From the NCBI GenBank assembly GCA_963740635.1, contig CAVUEQ010000001.1, positions 529,026 to 593,025 on the forward strand: a stretch of DNA of 64,000 nt, read 5' to 3'. The position numbers and the translations under genes were made by a program. Shown piece after piece: positions 17,371 to 26,570 of this stretch. The notes beneath the pieces are model-generated. The model was not told where the DNA came from, did not search any database, and worked only from the letters and a program-made list of their open reading frames with translations. The stretch is from an uncultured bacterium (GTDB lineage Bacteria; Patescibacteriota; Saccharimonadia; UBA4664). The number at the start of each line of letters is the position of its first letter. Position 1 is the stretch's first letter.

Positions 17371-18899
17371 CGGGCGCCATGATGCGAGCTCTGAAATGGC
17401 TTGACGCCCTGCTCGACAGCATCACCATGTACCGGCTGCTGTTGTACTACTTGATTTTCCTGGTGGCGGTGGCTGTGGGGCTGGGCTTTACCGGCGCCCT
17501 CCACTACAACCCGGTCGACATTATTATGAGCTCGGTTTTCCTGACAGCCGTATGCTGGATCAGCAACAAGCTGTTTGGTTATGTGTTCGCGGCGCCGACC
17601 AACGTGGAGTCGCCGTTCATCACGGCGCTGATTTTGGCGCTGATCATCACGCCCACCCACGACACCAACGGCATGGCGTTTCTGGCGGCGGCCGGCGGGC
17701 TGGCAGTGGCCAGCAAGTTCATGCTGGCGATCGGCCGCCGCCACCTGTTTAATCCGGCGGCGGTGGCGGTGGCGCTCACGGCCTGGGGCGCCGGCGACAG
17801 CGCCAGCTGGTGGGTGGGCACAGCCATCATGCTGCCGTTCGTGATAGCCGGCGGCTTACTGCTGGTGCGGCGGCTGCGGCGCCTCACCATGGTGACATGG
17901 TTTTATGGCGCCGCCCTGCTCACCACCGGGGTGTTGGCGGCCTCGGCTGGGGCGGATGTCGTGAGCACCCTGCAAAAAGAGTTCCTGAACTCGGCGTTAT
18001 TCTTTTTCGCCTACGTGATGCTGACGGAGCCGATGACGTCGCCGACCACCAAGGCCAAGCGGGTGTGGTACGGCGTGCTGGTGGGCGCGCTGTTCGCACC
18101 GCAAGTGCACCTGGGCAGCTTCTATTTCACCCCCGAGCTTGCGCTGCTCGTGGGCAACCTGTTCACCTACGCAGTCGGCCCGCGCCTGCGGGTGCAGCTG
18201 CGGCTGAAACGGTCCGAGCGGATCTCGGGCGACAGCCGCGATTTCGTGTTTGAGCCCGGGAGGCGCTTCGGGTACCAGCCCGGCCAGTACATGGAGTTTA
18301 CGTTCCAGCATCCCGGCACCAACTCGCGCGGGGCCCGGCGCTTTTTCACCCTCGCCAGTTCGCCCACCGAGCCGGACCTGCGGCTGGGCGTTAAGTTTTA
18401 CCAACCGGGCAGCAGCTACAAGCGCGGCCTGCTCCAGCTCACCCCGCAAACTCCGATCGTGGCGACCCAGCTCGGCGGAGATTTCACCCTGCCCAAGGAC
18501 CCGCGGCGCAAGCTGGTGTTCATAGCCGGCGGCATCGGCGTAACGCCGTTTCGGAGTATGGTGAAATACCTGCTCGACACCAACCAGCCGCGGCCCATCA
18601 CCATGCTCTACTCCGCCCGCAGGCTAGAGGACCTGGTGTACCGCGACATTTTTGATGCCGCCCGCACCCGGCTCGGGGCCAGAATTTACTACCTGATCAG
18701 CAAAGGGAGCACCCAACCGCCGGTCTACACCATTCCGATCAGCGAAGACGTGATCCGCCAGGCCGTGCCCGGCCTCGACGACCACCTGTTCTACATCTCA
18801 GGTCCGCACGGGATGGTGGTGTCGGTGAGCGAAATGCTCAGAAACCTCGGCGTACCGGGTAGAAACATTAAGAAAGACTTTTTCTCGGGCTACGCTTAG
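17367..18899 (+). CDS. RnfD/NqrB-like membrane domain fused to ferredoxin-NAD(P)H reductase-like FAD/NAD-binding domain
   Basis: Polytopic N-half with HLFNPAA and MLTEPMTSP (RnfD/NqrB-like). The C-half has RFFTLAS (the RxYS-type FAD motif), FIAGGIGVTPF (the NAD(P)H-binding GGxGxxP motif) and ISGPHGM. There is a 4-nt overlap with apbE. Confidence 0.8.
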   Translation: MTGAMMRALKWLDALLDSITMYRLLLYYLIFLVAVAVGLGFTGALHYNPVDIIMSSVFLTAVCWISNKLFGYVFAAPTNVESPFITALILALIITPTHDTNGMAFLAAAGGLAVASKFMLAIGRRHLFNPAAVAVALTAWGAGDSASWWVGTAIMLPFVIAGGLLLVRRLRRLTMVTWFYGAALLTTGVLAASAGADVVSTLQKEFLNSALFFFAYVMLTEPMTSPTTKAKRVWYGVLVGALFAPQVHLGSFYFTPELALLVGNLFTYAVGPRLRVQLRLKRSERISGDSRDFVFEPGRRFGYQPGQYMEFTFQHPGTNSRGARRFFTLASSPTEPDLRLGVKFYQPGSSYKRGLLQLTPQTPIVATQLGGDFTLPKDPRRKLVFIAGGIGVTPFRSMVKYLLDTNQPRPITMLYSARRLEDLVYRDIFDAARTRLGARIYYLISKGSTQPPVYTIPISEDVIRQAVPGLDDHLFYISGPHGMVVSVSEMLRNLGVPGRNIKKDFFSGYA

Positions 18900-18902
18900 G
18901 CG

Positions 18903-19220
18903 CTATTTGAGCGAATCGGTTTGGCGGTATTCGGCCATCAGTTTTTCGATATCCTGTTTGGTTTGGCCCAACGAGCGCAAAAACCAGAGCGGCAGGAATT
19001 TCACCGTGATAATTATGGTTGCGGCCAGCGCCACCAAGAACGCCAGGTAAAACGTGCTCCAGCCCTGTATCACCAGGTACACCAGGAACCCGAGCGCTAT
19101 CACCAGGACGGCTACGCCCCCGCCGATCCAAATTCCGATCATGGCCGCGATGCGCGTGCTGGACAGGCCGCGATTGCGAAGGTCGCGCAAAATGTTTTCG
19201 AGCCGTGCCCGGGTAATCAT
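18903..19220 (-). CDS. Small two-TM membrane protein, unknown function
   Basis: ORF with two hydrophobic helices (IGIWIGGGVAVLVIALGFLVYLVI; YLAFLVALAATIIITV). No recognisable family. Confidence 0.5.
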   Translation of the reverse strand: MITRARLENILRDLRNRGLSSTRIAAMIGIWIGGGVAVLVIALGFLVYLVIQGWSTFYLAFLVALAATIIITVKFLPLWFLRSLGQTKQDIEKLMAEYRQTDSLK

Positions 19221-19267
19221 GTTGGTTCCGCTTGTGCTTAAGGGTCATTCTATCCTACTGTGGTCAT

Positions 19268-19870
19268 ATGAACTACCTCCGGCGTCAAGATGGCATCGCC
19301 AAGCCGCTGATAATTATCGGCGCGGTGGTGTTTGTGGTGATCATGGGGCTGGCGGTGTGGCAACAGAAGCAGGCCAAAGACGCGGCCCGCAAAGCAGCCG
19401 GCGCCCAGACCGCGACCTCTCCCAGTCCCACGCCCGCCGCGGTCGGCCATTCGGCCTCCCCCACTCCCGCCGCCGCCACCCAGAACGAAATCAAACTGCC
19501 CGAGCTCGGTTTCAAAATGACGCTCCCCGAGGGGCTCTACGACCTCAAATATGTGGCGGCGCTGCACCAGCCGGCCGTGGACGGCAACGGCCCGTACTCG
19601 AAGGCCAGCTTTTCGTCCACATCGCTGGAGCAAAAAGACCCTGGCAACGCCCAGTGCACGGCGGCCAAGGCGGCGGTTGGCTCCATCACGCGCTACGAAT
19701 CCCAGCCCAGGGATTTGGCCCTGACCGTCCCGGTGAAGCAGGTGGGTAATTTTTACCTGGTGTATACCGTCGCCGGCACCAATTGCTCAGACGTGACCGA
19801 TTTCAACGACCTCAATGTCACCCAGTCCGAGCTCTTGCAGCAGGCCTACGACAGTGCGGTTCCACTGTAA
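19268..19870 (+). CDS. Membrane-anchored hypothetical protein with PT-rich linker
   Basis: ATG at 19268 gives MNYLRRQDGIAKPLIIIGAVVFVVIMGLAVW (signal anchor), followed by a Pro/Ala/Thr linker and a globular C-domain. Confidence 0.55.
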   Translation: MNYLRRQDGIAKPLIIIGAVVFVVIMGLAVWQQKQAKDAARKAAGAQTATSPSPTPAAVGHSASPTPAAATQNEIKLPELGFKMTLPEGLYDLKYVAALHQPAVDGNGPYSKASFSSTSLEQKDPGNAQCTAAKAAVGSITRYESQPRDLALTVPVKQVGNFYLVYTVAGTNCSDVTDFNDLNVTQSELLQQAYDSAVPL

Positions 19871-19890
19871 TTGGTGCTGATTAAAGTTAC

Positions 19891-20157
19891 TCAGTATACC
19901 TCATTGTGCGAGCCTATATCTAGCAGCAAGTAGTGATCTTCGTTCTCCTGATATACAACGCGAACATCTCCGCCTACCGAAAAAGCCCGAAGGCCTTGGA
20001 GCTTTCCCGTGAGCGGATGATCATTCAATGGTTCGCGCCTCACTCCATTACGGAATAGCTCCAGGTGTTGCTTAAACCGCTCGATTACTTTTGGCTGGTG
20101 AGCGTAGCGATGCTTGAGATGCTTCTGGAAGTACTTGGAATATTCAATCGGCTTCAT
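19891..20157 (-). CDS. Type II toxin, RelE/YafQ family
   Basis: 88 aa with LNDHPLTGKLQGLRAFSVGGDVRVVYQENEDHYLLLDIGSHNEVY, typical of YafQ/RelE mRNA interferases. It overlaps the upstream antitoxin gene by 14 nt. Confidence 0.8.
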   Translation of the reverse strand: MKPIEYSKYFQKHLKHRYAHQPKVIERFKQHLELFRNGVRREPLNDHPLTGKLQGLRAFSVGGDVRVVYQENEDHYLLLDIGSHNEVY

Positions 20158-20446
20158 CAGACAGCAAATCTTTCATGAAGTCACCAACATTGTCGTAGCT
20201 CTTTACCTTGCCTTGACGTCGGAGGTCTTCATGGTCGCTGATCTGCTGAGCATAGCGGGCTTCGGCCTCAGGGCTCAGCCGCACCAATTCCTCGAGATTG
20301 ACCCTCCTGCCATCGACGTCGGCCTTGGCTAAGAACCGAATATAGGCCTGGAGCGAGTCAAAGCCGTGGCGGTGGGCAAAGTTCTCCCATTCATCGCGAA
20401 TATCTTTATCAAGTGGTACTTGTAATTTAACTGTACTCATGGTCAT
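20144..20446 (-). CDS. Antitoxin, RelB/DinJ-like (RHH)
   Basis: Small acidic protein immediately upstream of the toxin and overlapping it. The N-terminal strand-helix-helix pattern is KLQVPLDKDIRDEWENFAHRHGFDSLQAYIRFL. Confidence 0.65.
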   Translation of the reverse strand: MTMSTVKLQVPLDKDIRDEWENFAHRHGFDSLQAYIRFLAKADVDGRRVNLEELVRLSPEAEARYAQQISDHEDLRRQGKVKSYDNVGDFMKDLLSDEAD

Positions 20447-20489
20447 AGAGTATCAAAGGAGTACAATTATGTCAATACCAAAAGTAAGC

Positions 20490-20566
<77 letters not shown>

Positions 20567-20595
20567 CTAATTGCCCGCAACCTCGAAATTATACG

Positions 20596-21240
20596 CTACC
20601 GGATGCGTTTGACAAAGCCCGATTGGGGATCGATCTCGATCACAGCAGTGAGTCCGGTGGAACCCTGGAGCGTAAATTGGATCGGGCCGCTGGGCGGCAG
20701 GGCGCAAACAGCGTCGAGGCTGCCCAGGAAGCCGGCGCCAAACTGCGAACAGACCTGCAGATTTTCGTCGTTGTGTATGAACAAGACTTCCGCTTCGCTA
20801 AAGGCGACTAGTTTGAGATCATCTGAAAAGTTAAAAAACTTCTCGAAACATTCACCGTCGGCTTGGTTGGGGCAGGCGCCGCTTTGAGGTAGGTTAGCGT
20901 GGGTGATGGCGCCGCCGCCGGCGACATTGGCGTAGATTGGCTCAAGCTCGCCTAGCCCTTGGGTGTGACCGTTGTCGAGCTCAAACGCGGCTCCTGCTAA
21001 GTAGGCGTCGCGGTTCGTGCCGGTGCTGTTTTCGCTGACGTTGGCCGTTGCGAAGTTGCGGGTGTAGTCAATGCTGGCCATGAGCTGGTTGATGGATTCG
21101 TCGAAGCGGGCGCGGGCGCGCAGCTGCGATTGCCCGGAAATGGCAATCAAGAGCAACAGCGACGATATCGCCATCACTACGATGAGTTCAATAAGCGTAA
21201 AACCCTGGTTTTGACGCGGTGGTCGCATTAAAGCCAGCAT
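20596..21240 (-). CDS. Type IV pilin/pseudopilin (prepilin N-terminal cleavage/methylation domain)
   Basis: The leader MLALMRPPRQNQG is followed by FTLIELIVVMAISSLLLLIAISG, the canonical G/FTLIE class III signal. An alternative ATG lies at 21228. Confidence 0.8.
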   Translation of the reverse strand: MLALMRPPRQNQGFTLIELIVVMAISSLLLLIAISGQSQLRARARFDESINQLMASIDYTRNFATANVSENSTGTNRDAYLAGAAFELDNGHTQGLGELEPIYANVAGGGAITHANLPQSGACPNQADGECFEKFFNFSDDLKLVAFSEAEVLFIHNDENLQVCSQFGAGFLGSLDAVCALPPSGPIQFTLQGSTGLTAVIEIDPQSGFVKRIR

Positions 21241-21322
21241 ACCGCTTAAGTTTAAGTCGGACAAATTTCCAACTGAAAAGCCGTGCCTTCGCGCGGCTCA
21301 ACAGTCCGGTGTTACAGCAACC

Positions 21323-21357
21323 CGCGGCGGCCGCGGCGGCGGCGGCGGTGGTGGTGG
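21323..21357. repeat. GC-rich trinucleotide (GCG/GCC/GGT) simple repeat in non-coding DNA upstream of the pilin gene
   Basis: cgcggcggccgcggcggcggcggcggtggtggtgg. Confidence 0.6.
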
Positions 21358-21510
21358 ACTCCGGCAGCCGATACTGGTGTGAGTGGCCTTCCGAGTGGCA
21401 GCATCGCGGGGTAACGGATATAGTCACGAGAATTCGGCAAACCCAAACGATGAACTTGTGGGGGTTCACTCGTATTTTTGCAGGTCTTAATCCTCCGAAG
21501 TTGCCACCGC

Positions 21511-21819
21511 CTACAGTAATTGAGTGTAGTCTCTGGCACCGTGAACAATACGATGGATGTAGATTGTTTGATCTTCGAGAACATAAAATATGAGGTAATT
21601 GTCGACTACTAAATAGCGATACCCCAGGAGCGTAAGGCTGTCGTCGGCCGGGACAATACCAAGATGAGGATCATTGGACAGCAACATCAATTTCTGTTCA
21701 ATTCGGCCGGCAATTTTGGTGGCAGCTGAAGGGCGATCCGCGGCAATGTACATGATGATCTCTGTGAGGTCGTCCTCCGCGACTCTGAGCAATCGAATTT
21801 CGTAGCTAGCGCGACTCAC
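21511..21819 (-). CDS. Type II toxin, ParE/RelE family
   Basis: The GTG at 21819 overlaps the end of the Phd gene. YEIRLLRVAEDDLTEIIMYIA...YRYLVVDNYLIFYVLEDQTIYIHRIVHGARDY is a ParE-type sequence. Confidence 0.8.
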   Translation of the reverse strand: MSRASYEIRLLRVAEDDLTEIIMYIAADRPSAATKIAGRIEQKLMLLSNDPHLGIVPADDSLTLLGYRYLVVDNYLIFYVLEDQTIYIHRIVHGARDYTQLL

Positions 21820-22078
21820 GGATTCGTCCTCGTAAGGCGCCAATAACGTCTGCCAGGCTTCTCCCGCGATCGCCGCCCGCGTAATTTGCTTGGGCCGCGG
21901 CAAGCTTTCCGACGAGGTCAAGTTTTAGCTCCAACTGGCTATATTTAGCCATCGACATAACAACCATGTAGCCTTCTCCATTGCGCGTGATAAATATAGG
22001 TTCATTCGAGTTGTGAGCGAGATCTGAAATCTCGTTCGATTTGTTTCTAAGATCTGAGATCGGCTTGATGATAGGCAT
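21806..22078 (-). CDS. Antitoxin, Phd/YefM family
   Basis: AAGGAG lies 6 nt before the ATG at 22078. MPIIKPISDLRNKSNEISDLAHNSNEPIFITRNGEGYMVVMSMAKYSQLE is a classic Phd/YefM N-domain. Confidence 0.8.
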   Translation of the reverse strand: MPIIKPISDLRNKSNEISDLAHNSNEPIFITRNGEGYMVVMSMAKYSQLELKLDLVGKLAAAQANYAGGDRGRSLADVIGALRGRIRESR

Positions 22079-22140
22079 GCTGTGCTCCTTTATCATTATA
22101 ATATCATAATTTCGCTAACGATCATAAATCATGGGCCAGT

Positions 22141-22482
22141 TCACAGATCAAGTGCGAGATGTAGGCCTTGATCGACTTGGCGCATGGGTTTAGAGCTGAG
22201 CTCGCCTGATTTGTCGCGCAGAAAATGCTTGTCCAGGGTGAGGATTTGCGACACGTTAGCCACTGAATCTTTTGTTAGGCCCGTTTGCCTGGACGAGAGC
22301 GCAACATTGCCTGGGGCGTCGGCGAGTGCTGTGTTTGCGCTCAAGGCAACCACGATCACGGTCGAAACCCTACTGTGGTTAAAGGAGTTCGCTTGAATTA
22401 CCAGAACTGGCCGCGCATAACCAGGCTCCGACCCACTTGGCTCGGACAGTTCTGCCCACCATATCTCGCCGCGATTCACCAT
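22141..22482 (-). CDS. Type II toxin, MazF/PemK family endoribonuclease
   Basis: MVNRGEIWWAELSEPSGSEPGYARPVLVIQANSFN...VALSAN. Confidence 0.85.
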   Translation of the reverse strand: MVNRGEIWWAELSEPSGSEPGYARPVLVIQANSFNHSRVSTVIVVALSANTALADAPGNVALSSRQTGLTKDSVANVSQILTLDKHFLRDKSGELSSKPMRQVDQGLHLALDL

Positions 22483-22712
22483 TCCTCGCGAATTACTGAC
22501 TTTAATTGCATGGTCCCCAGAGTCGAGTCAACATGACTTTCGTTATGGGAATAGACTTGATCCAACGATTCTCGAACAAAGCTGTCATTATTTCGATCGA
22601 GATAGTCGTTTATTGCAAGCGTGTACAATTCGCTGCGACTCTTTCCCAGTCGTTTTGCAAGCTGCTCGGCCGATTGGAATACTTCATCAGGTAGAGAAAT
22701 TGCAGTCTTCAT
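22476..22712 (-). CDS. Antitoxin, ribbon-helix-helix (MazE/CopG-like)
   Basis: MKTAISLPDEVFQSAEQLAKRLGKSRSELYTLAINDYL. There is a 7-nt overlap with the MazF gene. Confidence 0.7.
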   Translation of the reverse strand: MKTAISLPDEVFQSAEQLAKRLGKSRSELYTLAINDYLDRNNDSFVRESLDQVYSHNESHVDSTLGTMQLKSVIREEW

Positions 22713-22821
22713 GCCCAGAGTATAACTTTTGTTATACCAGTAGTCAAGAACCAATGAAGCAAAGACCAAGCGCTATGGCAAATGCCGGCCTTGTGCTGTT
22801 CTGACTGTGGGTGGCAGGCTA

Positions 22822-23250
22822 TTATCTGTCCAAGTAACTGAAGATGTAGCGAAGGTTCGTCGGATGATGAATTTGAGCGTTTCCGAACTTCTTCAATCTC
22901 GTGAGGTGCTTGTCGGCTGAGACAACGATGTCCGCGTCAACTTCCTGGGCGCACTCAAGAATGATGTTGTCGTCGGGATCGTCTTTTACGACATCGAGCT
23001 TTTGAGTCGGCCTAACGACCGTTACTATTAGCGATAGCCGGTCAATGTACTCAACCGCGAGCGCACGTTCAAAACTCAGCTTTTGCTCCAGCTTTTCTTG
23101 AACCTCCGCGAGAATGGCAGGCGAGGTATAAAGTTGAAATTTGCCGTCCGGCGGAGTGGCCAGCTCAAGCCATGAGTCAATGTAGCCGCCGGGCATGCCT
23201 GCGGCCATCACATAGATGTTGGTATCGAAGACTACCCGGAGGGGCTGCAT
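22822..23250 (-). CDS. PIN-domain toxin (VapC-like)
   Basis: MQPLRVVFDTNIYV (first acidic PIN residue) ... DDNIILECA ... IVSADKHL. Its start is 1 nt after the antitoxin stop. Confidence 0.8.
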   Translation of the reverse strand: MQPLRVVFDTNIYVMAAGMPGGYIDSWLELATPPDGKFQLYTSPAILAEVQEKLEQKLSFERALAVEYIDRLSLIVTVVRPTQKLDVVKDDPDDNIILECAQEVDADIVVSADKHLTRLKKFGNAQIHHPTNLRYIFSYLDR

Positions 23251-23251
23251 G

Positions 23252-23467
23252 TTAGCCCAGGTATTCCTCGGCTTGATCAATAGTCTCAATTCCTAGCGCC
23301 AGGAATTTTTCGCGCCCGACTTGCTGCACTTTCGAGAGCGTTTTTTTAAACTTGTAGGTGCTATACATATCCCGAAAGACCTCGCTTTTTGAACGATGCT
23401 CCTCCTTGGCTAAAAGCTCGAGGTCTGCTTTTGTTTGATCATCGACTGAAAAGCTAATGACTCCCAT
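23252..23467 (-). CDS. Antitoxin, ribbon-helix-helix (VapB/CopG-like)
   Basis: MGVISFSVDDQTKADLELLAKEEHRSKSEVFRDM. The track ORF begins at an upstream TTG (23488). Confidence 0.7.
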   Translation of the reverse strand: MGVISFSVDDQTKADLELLAKEEHRSKSEVFRDMYSTYKFKKTLSKVQQVGREKFLALGIETIDQAEEYLG

Positions 23468-23551
23468 GGAAATTTCCAAGTTACTCAATACAGTTTATTG
23501 CATTTTATTAACATTTGCAATAATTCGCTCATGTATTGCCATTGCATATTC

Positions 23552-23592
23552 AATACAAAAGCACTACATATTTAACGTAGTGCTTTTGTATT
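23552..23592 (-). terminator. Strong hairpin downstream of tRNA-Leu(GAG)
   Basis: 16-bp perfect inverted repeat AATACAAAAGCACTAC / GTAGTGCTTTTGTATT with a 9-nt loop. A U-rich 3' side is present on both strands. Confidence 0.5.
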
Positions 23593-23623
23593 AAGCGCCA
23601 TTGTTTGATAGGAATAATTTCTC

Positions 23624-23707
23624 TGGTGCGCGAGAGAGGACTCGAACCTCCACGCCTTGCGGCACTTGCCCCTCAGACAAGCGTGTATACCATTTCACCA
23701 CTCGCGC
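23624..23707 (-). tRNA. tRNA-Leu (anticodon GAG), long variable arm, CCA encoded
   Basis: Acceptor GCGCGAG/CTCGCGC, anticodon stem CTTGT/GCAAG, loop CTGAGGG, variable arm GTGCCGCAAGGCGT, T-arm GGAGGTTCGAGTCCTCT. Confidence 0.9.
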
Positions 23708-23732
23708 ATAACCGTGATGTAACCGGGTTACA

Positions 23733-25286
23733 TTAGCATATTTTGAGCCGGCCGGGAAGATCGTTTGAGCCTGGCGAGAGCATGTAGGCTTTGTATTTAT
23801 CCAGCATGTTGTTATTGTCCTGAAGGATTTTTTGGCCGTTTTGGCGGGACAGGTTCCACGACTGCCAGCCGGTATACGCGGGCGAAGCATCGTCGCGGAT
23901 CTTTTGCCAATATAATTCTTGGGCCACGGTGGCGGCCAGGTCTTGGTTCGGGATGCGTAGAGCCTTGACGGTTTCCGGATAGGCGTCGGATGACAGGCGG
24001 CCGATGTAGGGGGCGTCGAGTTTGCCCGTGGAGGCGAACCGGTCGATGTTTTGGCGGGCGATGAAGGCGTCGGGGTTGAGCAGGTTCAGTAGGGCCAACG
24101 ACGCGATGGCGGCGATGAAAGCTCCGAGAGCAAAGGTATTTTCCCGGCGGTTGGTGAGGATTTTATACAGCAGCAACACAAAGACCACGGCCAGTAGCGC
24201 CACAAACGCTTGGCTGTAGAGCCGGAGGCTGGTGAAGCCGTAGGCCTCTTCGTACAGCCAGAGCCGCTTAAACGCGGAGGCCATGATCACGATTACCTGG
24301 ACTACGAGCAAGGCGTTGAGGGCCTTAAAGAGCGGGTTGTGCGCATTGCCGGATTTGGCTGTGTAGCGCTCGGCGGTCCAGATGAGGAGAAACGAGATTA
24401 CCGCCACCGCCAGGAGCTCAAAGAAACCGCGGCGGGCGTATTCGGCGTAGGTAAAACCCTGGCCCGAAATGTTGCTGAGGCCCCCAAACAAGTACGCCAG
24501 CTGGATGAGAATAAAGGTGAGGAACAGCACGTTGACGGAACCAAACAGCATCGAGCTTTCGATGGGCCCCAGGAACGACCGCTGCGGTGACGGCTCGGCG
24601 GTGGTGCCGGCCTCGCGCTGGCCGAAAGCATACGAATAGGCGCCGATAAAGCCGAGGGTGGCAAAGAGAATGATGGTCGTGCGGACGACTGTTTCGGGGC
24701 TAATTTGGATCCGCAACAGGCTATGGGCATATTTTTGGAAGATCAGGTCCGCGGATGAGAAGAGGAGCAGGAACACCAGCAACACGGGTACGGTGATGAT
24801 GGCGCCCTTGAGCACTTGGGCTTGGACCCGGCGGTCGCCGCGCGTGGACAGGAGATTGAAACCGTCGGCCGTGGTGCGCAAAAGGGGGCGGAAGAATTTG
24901 AATGGCAGCAGCGGCAGCCGCACGTAATCACCGACTCGAAGACCGGCCAAACGGCCGGCGAGCGAGACCTTGGCTATGAGGAGCAGGAGCACCAGGCAGG
25001 CCGCGATGTTGAGCAGTGACAGAGGAGCACTGGCCCGGATAGCCAGCATGCTGCCGAAAAATACCAGCGGCAACAGCAGCCAGACGGCGCTGCGGGAGAC
25101 CGGCAGCTTGAGCCGGAAGGAAATAAAAAACAGCCCGCCCACAATCAGGACAATATAGCTCGGAACCGACAGCCCGGGAATGTGTCCGAAGAAAAAGGTA
25201 TTAAACAGCAGGCCGAGGAGCAGTGAAACTCCAAAGAGGGCAGTGAACCGGATTCCCGGATGCTGGGTTGAGCTGGTGGATTTCAT
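23733..25286 (-). CDS. Polytopic membrane protein, DUF4153/DUF4173-like
   Basis: 517 aa with about 10 hydrophobic helices and a soluble C-terminal tail. The family assignment is from memory and is tentative. Confidence 0.65.
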   Translation of the reverse strand: MKSTSSTQHPGIRFTALFGVSLLLGLLFNTFFFGHIPGLSVPSYIVLIVGGLFFISFRLKLPVSRSAVWLLLPLVFFGSMLAIRASAPLSLLNIAACLVLLLLIAKVSLAGRLAGLRVGDYVRLPLLPFKFFRPLLRTTADGFNLLSTRGDRRVQAQVLKGAIITVPVLLVFLLLFSSADLIFQKYAHSLLRIQISPETVVRTTIILFATLGFIGAYSYAFGQREAGTTAEPSPQRSFLGPIESSMLFGSVNVLFLTFILIQLAYLFGGLSNISGQGFTYAEYARRGFFELLAVAVISFLLIWTAERYTAKSGNAHNPLFKALNALLVVQVIVIMASAFKRLWLYEEAYGFTSLRLYSQAFVALLAVVFVLLLYKILTNRRENTFALGAFIAAIASLALLNLLNPDAFIARQNIDRFASTGKLDAPYIGRLSSDAYPETVKALRIPNQDLAATVAQELYWQKIRDDASPAYTGWQSWNLSRQNGQKILQDNNNMLDKYKAYMLSPGSNDLPGRLKIC

Positions 25287-25310
25287 GGTTGACCCTTGAA
25301 AGGGGCCTTA

Positions 25311-26195
25311 CTATACCACATTCCGGCGCCGATGGTAAGTTACGCGGTTACGCGCATTTTCGAAGTAGTGATACCGATAAGGCTTGCGCCGGCCGGCCTC
25401 GAATTCTGCCTGGTAGCGGTTCCATTTTTCGACCTTGGCCGGGTACCAGGTTTGGCCCTGGAGCAATTTGTCGTACTGGTGGCGCTGGTAAATGTGCTCG
25501 AAGGCATCGGCCCACGTTTTGTACTCAGCCTGCGACACGAGGTTGTCGCTGCCGTAGCGCTGGCGGTATTTGTAGAGCACCACCGGCACGTACAGGAAGC
25601 CATCGGGGTAGCGCTCGCCGATGCTCATCATGAATTCCCAGTCTTCCATGCTGTGCAGGTTCTCGTCCCACTTGAGGCCTTCGTCAAACAGGCGGCGCAG
25701 ATGCGTGAACCCGTCGCAGCCGAAGCCGGCGTTGCGCATAAAGATGTCGTGGATAGTGAATTCGGGCGGGGTGTCATCGGAGTCGTCAATGCTTTTGACT
25801 AGCCGGCCGTCCTCGTAGAGTTCGCGCACACGGTCGGCGCGCGGGAAGGCAAAGACCGCCTGGGGATGGCGGCCGAGCCAGTCGAGCATGGTGGCCATGC
25901 ATTCGGGCAGCAGCTCATCGTCTGAGTCGAGGTACATTATCCACTGGCCCCGGGCGCGGGCGATGCCGAAGTTGCGGGCGGCGGTGGCGCCGGCGTTGGG
26001 CTGGTAGAAGTAGCGCAGGCGCGGGTCGCCTATGGATTGCACCAGTCGCTTGGTGTCGTCGGTGGAGCCGTCGTCGACGATGATATGCTCAAAATCAGCG
26101 AAGGTTTGACCGCGCGCACTGGCAATGGCCCGGCCGAGGATGCCGGCGCGGTTATAGGTGGGAGTAATGAGGGAAATTATTGGCACATGGGACAT
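25311..26195 (-). CDS. Glycosyltransferase family 2
   Basis: ISLITPTYNRAGILGRAIASARGQTF..IIVDDGSTDDT...YLDSDDEL (DxD). Confidence 0.85.
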   Translation of the reverse strand: MSHVPIISLITPTYNRAGILGRAIASARGQTFADFEHIIVDDGSTDDTKRLVQSIGDPRLRYFYQPNAGATAARNFGIARARGQWIMYLDSDDELLPECMATMLDWLGRHPQAVFAFPRADRVRELYEDGRLVKSIDDSDDTPPEFTIHDIFMRNAGFGCDGFTHLRRLFDEGLKWDENLHSMEDWEFMMSIGERYPDGFLYVPVVLYKYRQRYGSDNLVSQAEYKTWADAFEHIYQRHQYDKLLQGQTWYPAKVEKWNRYQAEFEAGRRKPYRYHYFENARNRVTYHRRRNVV

Positions 26196-26204
26196 ACGGA
26201 CAGT

Positions 26205-26549
26205 TTACGCTAAGATGTAAGCCGCCCAGAGGCAAACAACGCCCAGGAAAATGATGAACGGCCACAAGAACACAACATTGATGGTGTAATAGACGGGGTT
26301 GGGCTTGGCCCACAGGCCTTTGAGGCCTTTGTTTTTCTTGAACTCGGCGCGGTAATTGTCCCAGATGCGAACACGGTTGAGCTCAATGAGTACGCCGGTG
26401 GCCACCAGCGTGGTGCCCAGCCCGGCCAGCGCCACTATCGGCTTGGTTTGGCCGAGGATGGTAAAGGCGACCAGCAGGCCCAGGAAGAGCCCGGGGGCAA
26501 AATTGGGCGCGGGCGTTTTGTGCCGGTGAAATAAATGTGATATGAGCAT
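26205..26549 (-). CDS. Small membrane protein, unknown function
   Basis: 114-aa ORF with 3 predicted helices, packed between the GT2 and FAD-oxidase genes. Confidence 0.5.
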   Translation of the reverse strand: MLISHLFHRHKTPAPNFAPGLFLGLLVAFTILGQTKPIVALAGLGTTLVATGVLIELNRVRIWDNYRAEFKKNKGLKGLWAKPNPVYYTINVVFLWPFIIFLGVVCLWAAYILA

Positions 26550-26570
26550 GGAGTTCTCCTTTTATGAACG

